From Balanoglossus misakiensis (lineage: Eukaryota; Animalia; Hemichordata): a DNA stretch of 64,000 nt. Where the stretch lies: positions 9,627,309 through 9,691,308 of the forward strand of contig CM082591.2 of the NCBI GenBank assembly GCA_040954595.2, given 5' to 3'. Positions 39,401-54,400 of this stretch are shown piece after piece (positions within the stretch are counted from its first letter, which is position 1; every line of letters starts with the position of its first letter). Position numbers and translations under genes: made by a program. The notes below the pieces were generated by a model that ran no database searches, was not told the origin of the DNA, and saw only the letters and a program-made list of their open reading frames with translations.

Positions 39401-42400
39401 AAACAAGCGCAAACACATACCAAACCTAGTTTTATTAATTAAAAACAAAATTGCTGAGTAAAGGTTTTCATGTGGGCATTCACTTTGAACTTGCTAAATT
39501 AATTTAAAGAGACAAAGTCGCTCTCTCTTTGTCCTTTTGCGATGATAGAATGCTTGCTTGAAGTCTCTCGTGCAATAAATGATGTCGATTCATACATGTA
39601 TGGATGGTGTATAGGTGGTCGGAATTTACATGTCTTTGCCACGACCAAACCAACAACACGTAAAATCAAAGTTTGGGTCATGAAATCGAGTTTTGTTACA
39701 GTCTAGAATTTCATGCCACCCCTTATGGTCATATTATTCTTGGTAGGCAAAAGTGACAAGTAGTCAAGTTTCAACACAGGCAACATTTTTTACAAACAAA
39801 CCACCAAAAAGACATCAAAAGGGAGAGAATTATAGAATTGTCAATGTGTGAAAAGTTAAGATACGTAAAGTGGCCGGGTTCAACATTAACTCATCGACTT
39901 CATATCGTCTTCATGCCATGGTTTTTGCCTGCCCTGAAAGTTCTTGTCGTTGCAGAAGTGGTTTTGACAGAAAGAATTTAGTCTTCCGGGATGTTTGTGA
40001 TTATTTGAACACCAGACAATACAATGCAACCTTGACTTCCAAAATACTTACCGGCATTGCATTATCTTACCATGGTTAGGCCTACAGTGAACAAATTTTC
40101 AACAATATTTTCTGAGTTACCGCTGATATTTGTTTTGTAGTATGGATATTTAATTATACATCCCGATACAAAACAGAATGTTATAGAATCCTTCCTGAGT
40201 GATATTGAAAAAATTACCGGAATGCTACCGCCTAATCTATGGTTAGGGTTATTGCTATTATTTTATATCAGTAATCGACTTTGTGTATATCAATGTCATT
40301 TTCATAACGAAAATGAACTCGAGTCTAATGTAAACGTTACGAATTGATCGAAAGGCGCTCTGATGAATGTTAACACGAGTGCGCAGTGACAAGACATGCA
40401 TCGTGCATGACAGTGACAACAGTTCCTATAGAGCAGTTAAAAAATAAACCGGCCGTCCGGAAATTTATCAGCTATATTTTTTTTTATTTAGTCACGTTTT
40501 CCCTGTTGCATGCTATTAGTTCAGGGGCCAGTTTTAGCAGTGCTCTATTGAGTACTTTCGTATCGATGGATTGATCTCTCGTCCAATCAGAATGGCGGAT
40601 GGTAGCATGATCCGACATATTGCGTATTACAATAGGGCTTCCTCATACAGGTCAGAACGGAGAGGTCATTCCTTTTATTTTAGGACGTCTCAGCTCCTTT
40701 GTCTTTTCTGTTATAGTGTTAAATAAATCAAACGGTTTTGTTTTGGCCGGTAAACACCGATGGATTAACTCTTAAGTCCATCGTGCATCCAAACGCAGTC
40801 GAGTCGGTTTGGTCATTGTTTATGCGACAGTAAATGCCAAATGTGACAGAAGCATCATATTAAATGAGATAGAATACACAAACAAACAAACATACGAATA
40901 AACAAACAGGCAAACAAACAAACAAACAACCATTAGGGACTGTTCAGAATTTACTTCCAAGTTGGGGATGGAGGATTTTTTATTTTCCTGGTGATTTTTT
41001 TCCATGGTCTCCCCTAGTAAATTGTGGAGGAAATATGTGGTCCCTCCTTAAATTTCCTGGGGATTTTCCATGGTCCCCCTATTGTGACTTTTATGTCTAG
41101 TCTCCCCTAATTTGTCTTGGAGAAAATGGGTGGTCCCCCCCCCCTCTGAAAATTCTCCGCCCCCTGGAAGTAAATTCTGAACAGTCCCTTATTAAAGCCA
41201 ACAGCTAGCACCCTGGCTTCTCTGCCAGAGGAGCGATAACATCGACAAAATGCAGATACACAAGAAATGAGCACTTTATTCCACAAGCGAAGTAGTCTGT
41301 TCCCTGCCCCATTCCCACCGCTGGCTGCGCCCTTTAGCGTAGCGCCGATGGCAGTGGGAATGGGGCAGGGGACCAGACTACAAGTGAAGAACCCCAGTAA
41401 CAGACGTAACGAACAAACAAACTACATGTACTAACAACAAAGCAAGAAAAGTGTCAAGCGTCGTCAAAGAAAACGAAAAAGTTCTAGCATGGTTGGTAAA
41501 AGTTATTGGTAGAAAACGAATAGGGCCTTCTACAAATGACGTCTCAGACCCGCAAACGCCACCAGAACACAAAACACATGCACAGAACAGTTTAAGCCGG
41601 TTGTTGTATGGAGCAGCTATAATCTGCGGTTGGGCCGTCGTAGATTTTCGCTGGTGGTGAAAATAAATAAAACACGATCGATGTTCGATTTATTCCAGAT
41701 CACATGCGTTTACGGCCAGGAGAGAGCATAAAAGTCTTCAAATGACCATGTGGTGGCGCACTTTTTCCGATTGGCTGTATTTCAATTTGTTCGTGGTAAA
41801 TTAATTTTGTGGAGGTGACCGGCACTGAAGCTCTTAGCTAGGATGAGGTGAGATGGAAAAATGCCCCATTTTAGCTGTTTTAAAATATACGACTATTTAT
41901 AGACAAAAGGAAAATAAAACAAGCGCAAAAACATACCAAACCTAGTTTTATTAATTAAAAACAAAATTGCTGAGTAAAGGTTTTCATGTGGGCATTCACT
42001 TTGAACTTGCTAAATTAATTTAAAGAGACAAAGTCGCTCTCTCTTTGTCCTTTTGCGATGATAGAATGCTTGCTTGAAGTCTCTCGTGCAATAAATGATG
42101 TCGATTCATACATGTATGGATGGTGTATAGGTGGTCGGAATTTACATGTCTTTGCCACGACCAAACCAACAACACGTAAAATCAAAGTTTGGGTCATGAA
42201 ATCGAGTTTTGTTACAGTCTGGAATTTCATGCCACCCCTTATGGTCATATTATTCTTGGTAGGCAAAAGTGACAAGTAGTCAAGTTTCAACACAGGCAAC
42301 ATTTTTTACAAACAAACCACAAAGAAGACATCAAAAGGAGAGAATTATAGAATGGTCAATGTGTGAAAAGTTAAGATAGGTAAAGTGGCCGGGTTCAACA

Positions 42401-45400
42401 TTAACTCATCGACTTCATATCGTCTTCATGCCATGGTTTTTGCCTGCCCTGAAAGTTCTTGTCGTTGCAGAAGTGGTTTTGACAGAAAGAATTTAGTCTT
42501 CCGGGATGTTTGTGATTATTTGAACACCAGACAATACAATGCAACCTTGACTTCCAAAATACTTACCGGCATTGCATTATCTTACCATGGTTAGGCCTAC
42601 AGTGAACAAATTTTCAACAATATTTTCTGAGTTACCGCTGATATTTGTTTTGTAGTATGGATATTAAATTATACATCCCGATACAAAGCAGAATGTTATA
42701 GAATCCTTCCTGAGTGATATTGAAAAAATTACCGGAATGCTACCGCCTAATCTATGGTTAGGGTTATTGCTATTATTTTATATCAGTAATCGACTTTGTG
42801 TATATCAATGTCATTTTCATAACGAAAATGAACTCGAGTCTAATGTAAACGTTACGAATTGATCGAAAGGCGCTCTGATGAATGTTAACACGAGTGCGCA
42901 GTGACAAGACATGCATCGTGCGTGACAGTGACAACAGTTCCTATAGAGCAGTTAAAAAATAAACCGGCCGTCCGTAAATTTATCAGCTATATTTTTTTTT
43001 TTATTTAGTCACGTTTTCCCTGTTGCATGCTATTAGTTCAGGGGCCAGTTTTAGCAGTGCTCTATTGAGTACTTTCGTATCGATGGATTGATCTCTCGTC
43101 CAATCAGAATGGCGGATGGTAGCATGATCCGACATATTGCGTATTACAATAGGGCTTCCTCATACAGGTCAGAACGGAGAGGTCATTCCTTTTATTTTAG
43201 GACGTCTCAGCTCCTTTGTCTTTTCTGTTATAGTGTTAAATAAATCAAACGGTTTTGTTTTGGCCGGTAAACACCGATGGATTAACTCTTAAGTCCATCG
43301 TGCATCCAAACGCAGTCGAGTCGGTTTGGTCATTGTTTATGCGACAGTAAATGCCAAATGTGACAGAAGCATCATATTAAATGAGATAGAATACACAAAC
43401 AAACAAACATACGAATAAACAAACAGGCAAACAAACAAACAAACAACCATTAGGGACTGTTCAGAATTTACTTCCAAGTTGGGGATGGAGGAATTTTTAT
43501 TTTCCTGGTGATTTTTTTCCATGGTCTCCCCTAGTAAATTGTGGAGGAAATATGTGGTCCCTCCTTAAATTTCCTGGGGATTTTCCATGGTCCCCCTATT
43601 GTGACTTTTATGTCTAGTCTCCCCTAATTTGTCTTGGAGAAAATGGGTGGTCCCCCCCCCTCTGAAAATTCTCCGCCCCCTGGAAGTAAATTCTGAACAG
43701 TCCCTTATTAAAGCCAACAGCTAGCATCCTGGCTTCTCTGCCAGAGGAGCGATAACATCGACAAAATGCAGATACACAAGAAATGAGCACTTTATTCCAC
43801 AAGTGAAGTAGTCTGTTCCCTGCCCCATTCCCACCGCTGGCTGCGCCCTTTAGCGTAGCGCCGATGGCAGTGGGAATGGGGCAGGGGACCAGACTACAAG
43901 TGAAGAACCCCAGTAACAGACGTAACGAACAAACAAACTACATGTACTAACAACAAAGCAAGAAAAGTGTCAAGCGTCGTCAAAGAAAACGAAAAATTTC
44001 TAGCATGGTTGGTAAAAGTTATTGGTAGAAAACGAATAGGGCCTTCTACAAATGACGTCTCAGACCCGCAAACGCCACCAGAACACAAAACACATGCACA
44101 GAACAGTTTAAGCCGGTTGTTGTATGGAGCAGCAATAATCTGCGGTTGGGCCGTCGTAGATTTTCGCTGGTGGTGAAAATAAATAAAACACGATCGATGT
44201 TCGATTTATTCCAGATCACATGCGTTTACGGCCAGGAGAGAGCATAAAAGTCTTCAAATGACCATGTGGTGGCGCACTTTTTCCGATTGGCTGTATTTCA
44301 ATTTGTTCGTGGTAAATTAATTTTGTGGAGGTGACCGGCACTGAAGCTCTTAGCTAGGATGAGGTGGGATGGAAAAATGCCCCATTTTAGCAGTTTTAAA
44401 ATATACGACTATTTATAGACAAAAGGAAAATAAAACAAGCGCAAAAACATACCAAACCTAGTTTTATTAATTAAAAACAAAATTGCTGAGTAAAGGTTTT
44501 CATGTGGGCATTCACTTTGAACTTGCTAAATTAATTTAAAGAGACAAAGTCGCTCTCTCTTTGTCCTTTTGCGATGATAGAATGCTTGCTTGAAGTCTCT
44601 CGTGCAATAAATGATGTCGATTCATACATGTATGGATGGTGTATAGGTGGTCGGAATTTACATGTCTTTGCCACGACCAAACCAACAACACGTAAAATCA
44701 AAGTTTGGGTCATGAAATCGAGTTTTGTTACAGTCTAGAATTTCATGCCACCCCTTATGGTCATATTATTCTTGGTAGGCAAAAGTGACAAGTAGTCAAG
44801 TTTCAACACAGGCAACATTTTTTACAAACAAACCACAAAGAAGACATCAAAAGGGAGAGAATTATAGAATGGTCAATGTGTGAAAAGTTAAGATACGTAA
44901 AGTGGCCTGGTTCAACATTAACTCATCGACTTCATATCGTCTTCATGCCATGGTTTTTGCCTGCCCTGAAAGTTCTTGTCGTTGCAGAAATGGTTTTGAC
45001 AGAATGAATTTAGTCTTCCGGGATGTTTGTGATTATTTGAACATCAGACAATACAATGCAACCTTGACTTCCAAAATACTTACCGGCATTGCATTATCTT
45101 ACCATGGTTAGGCCTACATTGAACAAATTTTCAACAATATTTTCTGAGTTACCGCTGATATTTGTTTTGTAGTATAGATATTAAATTATACATCCCGATA
45201 CAAAACAGAATGTTATAGAATCCTTCCTGAGTGATATTGAAAAAATTACCGGAATGCTACCGCCTAATCTATGGTTAGGGTTATTGCTATTATTTTATAT
45301 CAGTAATCGACTTTGTGTATATCAATGTCATTTTCATAACGAAAATGAACTCGAGTCTAATGTAAACGTTACGAATTGATCGAAAGGCGCTCTGATGAAT

Positions 45401-48400
45401 GTTAACACGAGTGCGCAGTGACAAGACATGCATCGTGCGTGACAGTGACAACAGTTCCTATAGAGCAGTTAAAAAATAAACCGGCCGTCCGGAAATTTAT
45501 CAGCTATATTTTTTTTTATTTAGTCACGTTTTCCCTGTTGCATGCTATTAGTTCAGGGGCCAGTTTTAGCAGTGCTCTATTGAGTACTTTCGTATCGATG
45601 GATTGATCTCTCGTCCAATCAGAATGGCGGATGGTAGCATGATCCGACATATTGCGTATTACAATAGGGCTTCCTCATACAGGTCAGAACGGAGAGGTCA
45701 TTCCTTTTATTTTAGGACGTCTCAGCTCCTTTGTCTTTTCTGTTATAGTGTTAAATAAATCAAACGGTTTTGTTTTGGCCGGTAAACACCGATGGATTAA
45801 CTCTTAAGTCCATCGTGCATCCAAACGCAGTCGAGTCGGTTTGGTCATTGTTTATGCGACAGTAAATGCCAAATGTGACAGAAGCATCATATTAAATGAG
45901 ATAGAATACACAAACAAACAAACATACGAATAAACAAACAGGCAAACAAACAAACAAACAAACAACCATTAGGGACTGTTCAGAATTTACTTCCAAGTTG
46001 GGGATGGAGGATTTTTTATTTTCCTGGTGATTTTTTTCCATGGTCTCCCCTAGTAAATTGTGGAGGAAATATGTGGTCCCTCCTTAAATTTCCTGGGGAT
46101 TTTCCATGGTCCCCCTATTGTGACTTTTATGTCTAGTCTCCCCTAATTTGTCTTGGAGAAAATGGGTGGTCCCCCCCCCCCCTCTGAAAATTCTCCGCCC
46201 CCCTGGAAGTAAATTCTGAACAGTCCCTTATTAAAGCCAACAGCTAGCACCCTGGCTTCTCTGCCAGAGGAGCGATAACATCGACAAAATGCAGATACAC
46301 AAGAAATGAGCACTTTATTCCACAAGTGAAGTAGTCTGTTCCCTGCCCCATTCCCACCGCTGGCTGCGCCCTTTAGCGTAGCGCCGATGGCAGTGGGAAT
46401 GGGGCAGGGGACCAGACTACAAGTGAAGAACCCCAGTAACAGACGTAACGAACAAACAAACTACATGTACTAACAACAAAGCAAGAAAAGTGTCAAGCGT
46501 CGTCAAAGAAAACGAAAAAGTTCTAGCATGGTTGGTAAAAGTTTTTGGTAGAAAACGAATAGGGCCTTCTACAAATGACGTCTCAGACCCGCAAACGCCA
46601 CCAGAACACAAAACACATGCACAGAACAGTTTAAGCCGGTTGTTGTATGGAGCAGCAATAATCTGCGGTTGGGCCGTCGTAGATTTTCGCTGGTGGTGAA
46701 AATAAATAAACCACACGATCGATGTTCGATTTATTCCAGATCACATGCGTTTACGGCCAGGAGAGAGCATAAAAGTCTTCAAATGACCATGTGGTGGCGC
46801 ACTTTTTCCGATTGGCTGTATTTCAATTTGTTCGTGGTAAATTAATTTTGTGGAGGTGACCGGCACTGAAGCTCTTAGCTAGGATGAGGTGGGATGGAAA
46901 AATGCCCCATTTTAGCTGTTTTAAAATATACGACTATTTATAGACAAAAGGAAAATAAAACAAGCGCAAAAACATACCAAACCTAGTTTTATTAATTAAA
47001 AACAAAATTGCTGAGTAAAGGTTTTCATGTGGGCATTCACTTTGAACTTGCTAAATTAATTTAAAGAGACAAAGTCGCTCTCTCTTTGTCCTTTTGCGAT
47101 GATAGAATGCTTGCTTGAAGTCTCTCGTGCAATAAATGATGTCGATTCATACATGTATGGATGGTGTATAGGTGGTCGGAATTTACATGTCTTTGCCACG
47201 ACCAAACCAACAACACGTAAAATCAAAATTTGGGTCATGAAATCGAGTTTTGTTACAGTCTAGAATTTCATGCCACCCCTTATGGTCATATTATTCTTGG
47301 TAGGCAAAAGTGACAAGTAGTCAAGTTTCAACACAGGCAACATTTTTTACAAACAAACCACCAAAAAGACATCAAAAGGGAGAGAATTATAGAATGGTCA
47401 ATGTGTGAAAAGTTAAGATACGTAAAGTGGCCGGGTTCAACATTAACTCATCGACTTCATATCGTCTTCATGCCATGGTTTTTGCCTGCCCTGAAGTTCT
47501 TGTCGTTACAGAAGTGGTTTTGACAGAAAGAATTTAGTCTTCCGGGATGTCTGTGATTATTTGAACACCAGACAATACAATGCAACCTTGACTTCCAAAA
47601 TACTTACCGGCATTGCATTATCTTACCTTGGTTAGGCCTACAGTGAACAAATTTTCAACAATATTTTCTGAGTTACCGCTGATATTTGTTTTGTAGTATG
47701 GATATTAAATTATACATCCCGATACAAAACAATGTTATAGAATCCTTCCTGAGTGATATTGAAAAAATTACCGGAATGCTACCGCCTAATCTATGGTTAG
47801 GGATATTGCTATTATTTTATATCAGTAATCGACTTTGTGTATATCAATGTCATTTTCATAACGAAAATGAACTCGAGTCTAATGTAAACGTTACGAATTG
47901 ATCGAAAGGCGCTCTGATGAATGTTAACACGAGTGCGCAGTGACAAGACATGCATCGTGCATGACAGTGACAACAGTTCCTATAGAGCAGTTAAAAAATA
48001 AACCGGCCGTCCGGAAATTTATCAGCTATATTTTTTTTTATTTAGTCACGTTTTCCCTGTTGCATGCTATTAGTTCAGGGGCCAGTTTTAGCAGTGCTCT
48101 ATTGAGTACTTTCGTATCGATGGATTGATCTCTCGTCCAATCAGAATGGCGGATGGTAGCATGATCCGACATATTGCGTATTACAATAGGGCTTCCTCAT
48201 ACAGGTCAGAACGGAGAGGTCATTCCTTTTATTTTATGACGTCTCAGCTCCTTTGTCTTTTCTGTTATAGTGTTAAAGAAATCAAACGGTTTTGTTTTGG
48301 CCGGTAAACACCGATGGATTAACTCTTAAGTCCATCGTGCATCCAAACGCAGTCGAGTCGGTTTGGTCATTGTTTATGCGACAGTAAATGCCAAATGTGA

Positions 48401-51400
48401 CAGAAGCATCATATTAAATGAGATAGAATACACAAACAAACAAACATACGAATAAACAAACAGGCAAACAAACAAACAACCATTAGGGACTGTTCAGAAT
48501 TTACTTCCAAGTTGGGGATGGAGGATTTTTTATTTTCCTGGTGATTTTTTATCATGGTCTCCCCTAGTAAATTGTGGAGGAAATATGTGGTCCCTCCTTA
48601 AATTTCCTGGGGATTTTCCATGGTCCCCCTATTGTGACTTTTATGTCTAGTCTCCCCTAATTTGTCTTGGAGAAAATGGGTGGTCCCCCCCCCCCCCCTC
48701 TGAATATTCTCCGCCCCCTGGAAGTAAATTCTGAACAGTCCCTTATTAAAGCCAACAGCTAGCACCCTGGCTTCTCTGCCAGAGGAGCGATAACATCGAC
48801 AAAATGCAGATACACAAGAAATGAGCACTTTATTCCACAAGTGAAGTAGTCTGTTCCCTGCCCCATTCCCACCGCTGGCTGCGCCCTTTAGCGTAGCGCC
48901 GATGGCAGTGGGAATGGGGCAGGGGACCAGACTACAAGTGAAGAACCCCAGTAACAGACGTAACGAACAAACAAACTACATGTACTAACAACAAAGCAAA
49001 AAAGTGTCAAGCGTCGTCAAAGAAAACGAAAAAGTTCTAGCATGGTTGGTAAAAGTTATTGGTAGAAAACGAATAGGGCCTTCTACAAATGACGTCTCAG
49101 ACCCGCAAACGCCACCAGAACACAAAACACATGCACAGAACAGTTTAAGCTGGTTGTTGTATGGAGCAGCAATAATCTGCGGTTGGGCCGTAGTAGATTT
49201 TCGCTGGTGGTGAAAATAAATAAAAGACGATCGATGTTCGATTTATTCCAGATCACATGCGTTTACGGCCAGGAGAGAGCATAAAAGTCTTCAAATGACC
49301 ATGTGGTGGCGCACTTTTTCCGATTGGCTGTATTTCAATTTGTTCGTGGTAAATTAATTTTGTGGAGGTGACCGGCACTTAAGCTCTTAGCTAGGATGAG
49401 GTGGGATGGAAAAATGCCCCATTTTAGCTGTTTTAAAATATACGACTATTTATAGACAAAAGGAAAATAAAACAAGCGCAAAAACATACCAAACCTAGTT
49501 TTATTAATTAAAAACAAAATTGCTGAGTAAAGGTTTTCATGTGGGCATTCACTTTGAACTTGCTAAATTAATTTAAAGAGACAAAGTCGCTCTCTCTTTG
49601 TCCTTTTGCGATGATAGAATGCTTGCTTGAAGTCTCTCGTGCAATAAATGATGTCGATTCATACATGTATGGATGGTGTATAGGTGGTCGGAATTTACAT
49701 GTCTTTGCCACGACCAAACCAACAACACGTAAAATCAAAATTTGGGTCATGAAATCGAGTTTTGTTACAGTCTAGAATTTCATGCCACCCCTTATGGTCA
49801 TATTATTCTTGGTAGGCAAAAGTGACAAGTAGTCAAGTTTCAACACAGGCAACATTTTTTACAAACAAACCACCAAAAAGACATCAAAAGGGAGAGAATT
49901 ATAGAATGGTCAATGTGTGAAAAGTTAAGATACGTAAAGTGGCCGGGTTCAACATTAACTCATCGACTTCATATCGTCTTCATGCCATGGTTTTTGCCTG
50001 CCCTGAAGTTCTTGTCGTTACAGAAGTGGTTTTGACAGAAAGAATTTAGTCTTCCGGGATGTTTGTGATTATTTGAACACCAGACAATACAATACAATGC
50101 AACCTTGACTTCCAAAATACTTACCGGCATTGCATTATCTTACCATGGTTAGGCCTACAGTGAACACATTTTCAACAATATTTTCTGAGTTACCGCTCAT
50201 ATTTGTTTTGTAGTATGGATATTAAATTATACATCCCGATACAAAACAATGTTATAGAATCCTTCCTGAGTGATATTGAAAAAATTACCGGAATGCTACC
50301 GCCTAATCTATGGTTAGGGTTATTGCTATTATTTTATATCAGTAATCGACTTTGTGTATATCAATGTCATTTTAATAACGAAAATGAACTCGAGTCTAAT
50401 GTAAACGTTACGAATTGATCGAAAGGCGCTCTGATGAATGTTAACACGAGTGCGCAGTGACAAGACATGCATCGTGCGTGACAGTGACAACAGTTCCTAT
50501 AGAGCAGTTAAAAAATAAACCGGCCGTCCGTAAATTTATCAGCTATATTTTTTTTTATTTAGTCACGTTTTCCCTGTTGCATGCTATTAGTTCAGGGGCC
50601 AGTTTTAGCAGTGCTCTATTGAGTACTTTCGTATCGATGGATTGATCTCTCGTCCAATCAGAATGGCGGATGGTAGCATGATCCGACATATTGCGTATTA
50701 CAATAGGGCTTCCTCATACAGGTCAGAACGGAGAGGTCATTCCTTTTATTTTAGGACGTCTCAGCTCCTTTGTCTTTTCTGTTATAGTGTTAAAGAAATC
50801 AAACGGTTTTGTTTTGGCCGGTAAACACCGATGGATTAAATCTTAAGTCCATCGTGCATCCAAACGCAGTCGAGTCGGTTTGGTCATTGTTTATGCGACA
50901 GTAAATGCCAAATGTGACAGAAGCATCATATTAAATGAGATAGAATACACAAACAAACAAACATACGAATAAACAAACAGGCAAACAAACAAACAAACAA
51001 CCATTAGGGACTGTTCAGAATTTACTTCCAAGTTGGGGATGGAGGAATTTTTATTTTCCTGGTGATTTTTTTCCATGGTCTCCCCTAGTAAATTGTGGAG
51101 GAAATATGTGGTCCCTCCTTAAATTTCCTGGGGATTTTCCATGGTCCCCCTATTGTGACTTTTATGTCTGGTCTCCCCTAATTTGTCTTGGAGAAAATGG
51201 GTGGTCCCCCCCCCCTCTGAAAATTCTCCGCCCCCTGGAAGTAAATTCTGAACAGTCCCTTATTAAAGCCAACAGCTAGCACCCTGGCTTCTCTGCCAGA
51301 GGAGAGATAAAATCGACAAAATGCAGATACACAAGAAATGAGCACTTTATTCCACAAGTGAAGTAGTCTGTTCCCTGCCCCATTCCCACCGCTGGCTGCG

Positions 51401-54400
51401 CCCTTTAGCGTAGCGCCGATGGCAGTGGGAATGGGGCAGGGGACCAGACTACAAGTGAAGAACCCCAGTAACAGACGTAACGAACAAACAAACTACATGT
51501 ACTAACAACAAAGCAAGAAAAGTGTCAAGCGTCGTCAAAGAAAACGAAAAAGTTTTAGCATGGTTGGTAAAAGTTATTGGTAGAAAACGAATAGGGCCTT
51601 CTACAAATGACGTCTCAGACCCGCAAACGCCACCAGAACACAAAACACATGCACAGAACAGTTTAAGCCGGTTGTTGTATGGAGCAGCAATAATCTGCGG
51701 TTGGGCCGTCGTAGATTTTCGCTGGTGGTGAAAATAAATAAAACACGATCGATGTTCGATTTATTCCAGATCACATGCGTTTACGGCCAGGAGAGAGCAT
51801 AAAAGTCTTCAAATGACCATGTGGTGGCGCACTTTTTCCGATTGGCTGTATTTCAATTTGTTCGTGGTAAATTAATTTTGTGGAGGTGATCGGAACTGAA
51901 GCTCTTAGCTAGGATGAGGTGGGATGGAAAAATGCCCCATTTTAGCTGTTTTAAAATATACGACTATTTATAGACAAAAGGAAAATAAAACAAGCGCAAA
52001 AACATACCAAACCTAGTTTTATTAATTAAAAACAAAATTGCTGAGTAAAGGTTTTCATGTGGGCATTCACTTTGAACTTGCTAAATTAATTTAAAGAGAC
52101 AAAGTCGCTCTCTCTTTGTCCTTTTGCGATGATAGAATGCTTGCTTGAAGTCTCTCGTGCAATAAATGATGTCGATTCATACATGTATGGATGGTGTATA
52201 GGTGGTCGGAATTTACATGTCTTTGCCACGACCAAACCAACAACACGTAAAATCAAAGTTTGGGTCATGAAATCGAGTTTTGTTACAGTCTAGAATTTCA
52301 TGCCACCCCTTATGGTCATATTATTCTTGGTAGGCAAAAGTGACAAGTAGTCAAGTTTCAACACAGGCAACATTTTTTACAAACAAACCACAAAGAAGAC
52401 ATCAAAAGGGAGAGAATTATAGAATGGTCAATGTGTGAAAAGTTAAGATACGTAAAGTGGCCGGGTTCAACATTAACTCATCGACTTCATATCGTCTTCA
52501 TGCCATGGTTTTTGCCTGCCTTGAAAGTTCTTGTCGTTGCAGAAGTGGTTTTGACAGAAAGAATTTAGTCTTCCGGGATGTTTGTGATTATTTGAACACC
52601 AGACAATACAATGCAACCTTGACTTCCAAAATACTTACCGGCATTGCATTATCTTACCATGGTTAGGCCTACAGTGAACAAATGTTCAACAATATTTTCT
52701 GAGTTACCGCTGATATTTGTTTTGTAGTATGGATATTAAATTATACATCCCGATACAAAACAGAATGTTATAGAATCCTTCCTGAGTGATATTGAAAAAA
52801 TTACCGGAATGCTACCGCCTAATCTATGGTTAGGGTTATTGCTATTATTTTATATCAGTAATCGACTTTGTGTATATCAATGTCATTTTCATAACGAAAA
52901 TGAACTCGAGTCTAATGTAAACGTTACGAATTGATCGAAAGGCGCTCTGATGAATGTTAACACGAGTGCGCAGTGACAAGACATGCATCGTGCGTGACAG
53001 TGACAACAGTTCCTATAGAGCAGTTAAAAAATAAACCGGCCGTCCGTAAATTTATCAGCTATATTTTTTTTTATTTAGTCACGTTTTCCCTGTTGCATGC
53101 TATTAGTTCAGGGGCCAGTTTTAGCAGTGCTCTATTGAGTACTTTTGTATCGATGGATTGATCTCTCGTCCAATCAGAATGGCGGATGGTAGCATGATCC
53201 GACATATTGCGTATTACAATAGGGCTTCCTCATACAGGTCAGAACGGAGAGGTCATTCCTTTTATTTTAGGACGTCTCAGCTCCTTTGTCTTTTCTGTTA
53301 TAGTGTTAAAGAAATCAAACGGTTTTGTTTTGGCCGGTAAACACCGATGGATTAACTCTTAAGTCCATCGTGCATCCAAACGCAGTCGAGTCGGTTTGGT
53401 CATTGTTTATGCGACAGTAAATGCCAAATGTGACAGAAGCATCATATTAAATGAGATAGAATACACAAACAAACAAACATACGAATAAACAAACAGGCAA
53501 ACAAACAAACAAACAACCATTAGGGACTGTTCAGAATTTACTTCCAAGTTGGGGATGGAGGATTTTTTATTTTCCTGGTGATTTTTTTCCATGGTCTCCC
53601 CTAGTAAATTGTGGAGGAAATATGTGGTCCCTCTTTAAATTTCCTGGGGATTTTCCATGGTCCCCCTATTGTGACTTTTATGTCTAGTCTCCCCTAATTT
53701 GTCTTGGAGAAAATGGGTGGTCCCCCCCTCTGAAAATTCTCCGCCCCCTGGAAGTATATTCTGAACAGTCCCTTATTAAAGCCAACAGCTAGCACCCTGG
53801 CTTCTCTGCCAGAGGAGCGATAACATCGACAAAATGCAGATACACAAGAAATGAGCACTTTATTCCACAAGTGAAGTAGTCTGTTCCCTGCCCCATTCCC
53901 ACCGCTGGCTGCGCCCTTTAGCGTAGCGCCGATGGCAGTGGGAATGGGGCAGGGGACCAGACTACAAGTGAAGAACCCCAGTAACAGACGTAACGAACAA
54001 ACAAACTACATGTACTAACAACAAAGCAAGAAAAGTGTCAAGCGTCGTAAAGTTCTAGCATGGTTGGTAAAAGTTATTGGTAGAAAACGAATAGGGCCTT
54101 CTACAAATGACGTCTCAGACCCGCAAACGCCACCAGAACACAAAACACATGCACAGAACAGTTTAAGCCGGTTGTTGTATGGAGCAGCAATAATCTGCGG
54201 TTGGGCCGTCGTAGATTTTCGCTGGTGGTGAAAATAAATAAAACACGATCGATGTTCGATTTATTCCAGATCACATGCGTTTACGGCCAGGAGAGAGCAT
54301 AAAAGTCTTCAAATGACCATGTGGTGGCGCACTTTTTCCGATTGGCTGTATTTCAATTTGTTCGTGGTAAATTAATTTTGTGGAGGTGACCGGCACTGAA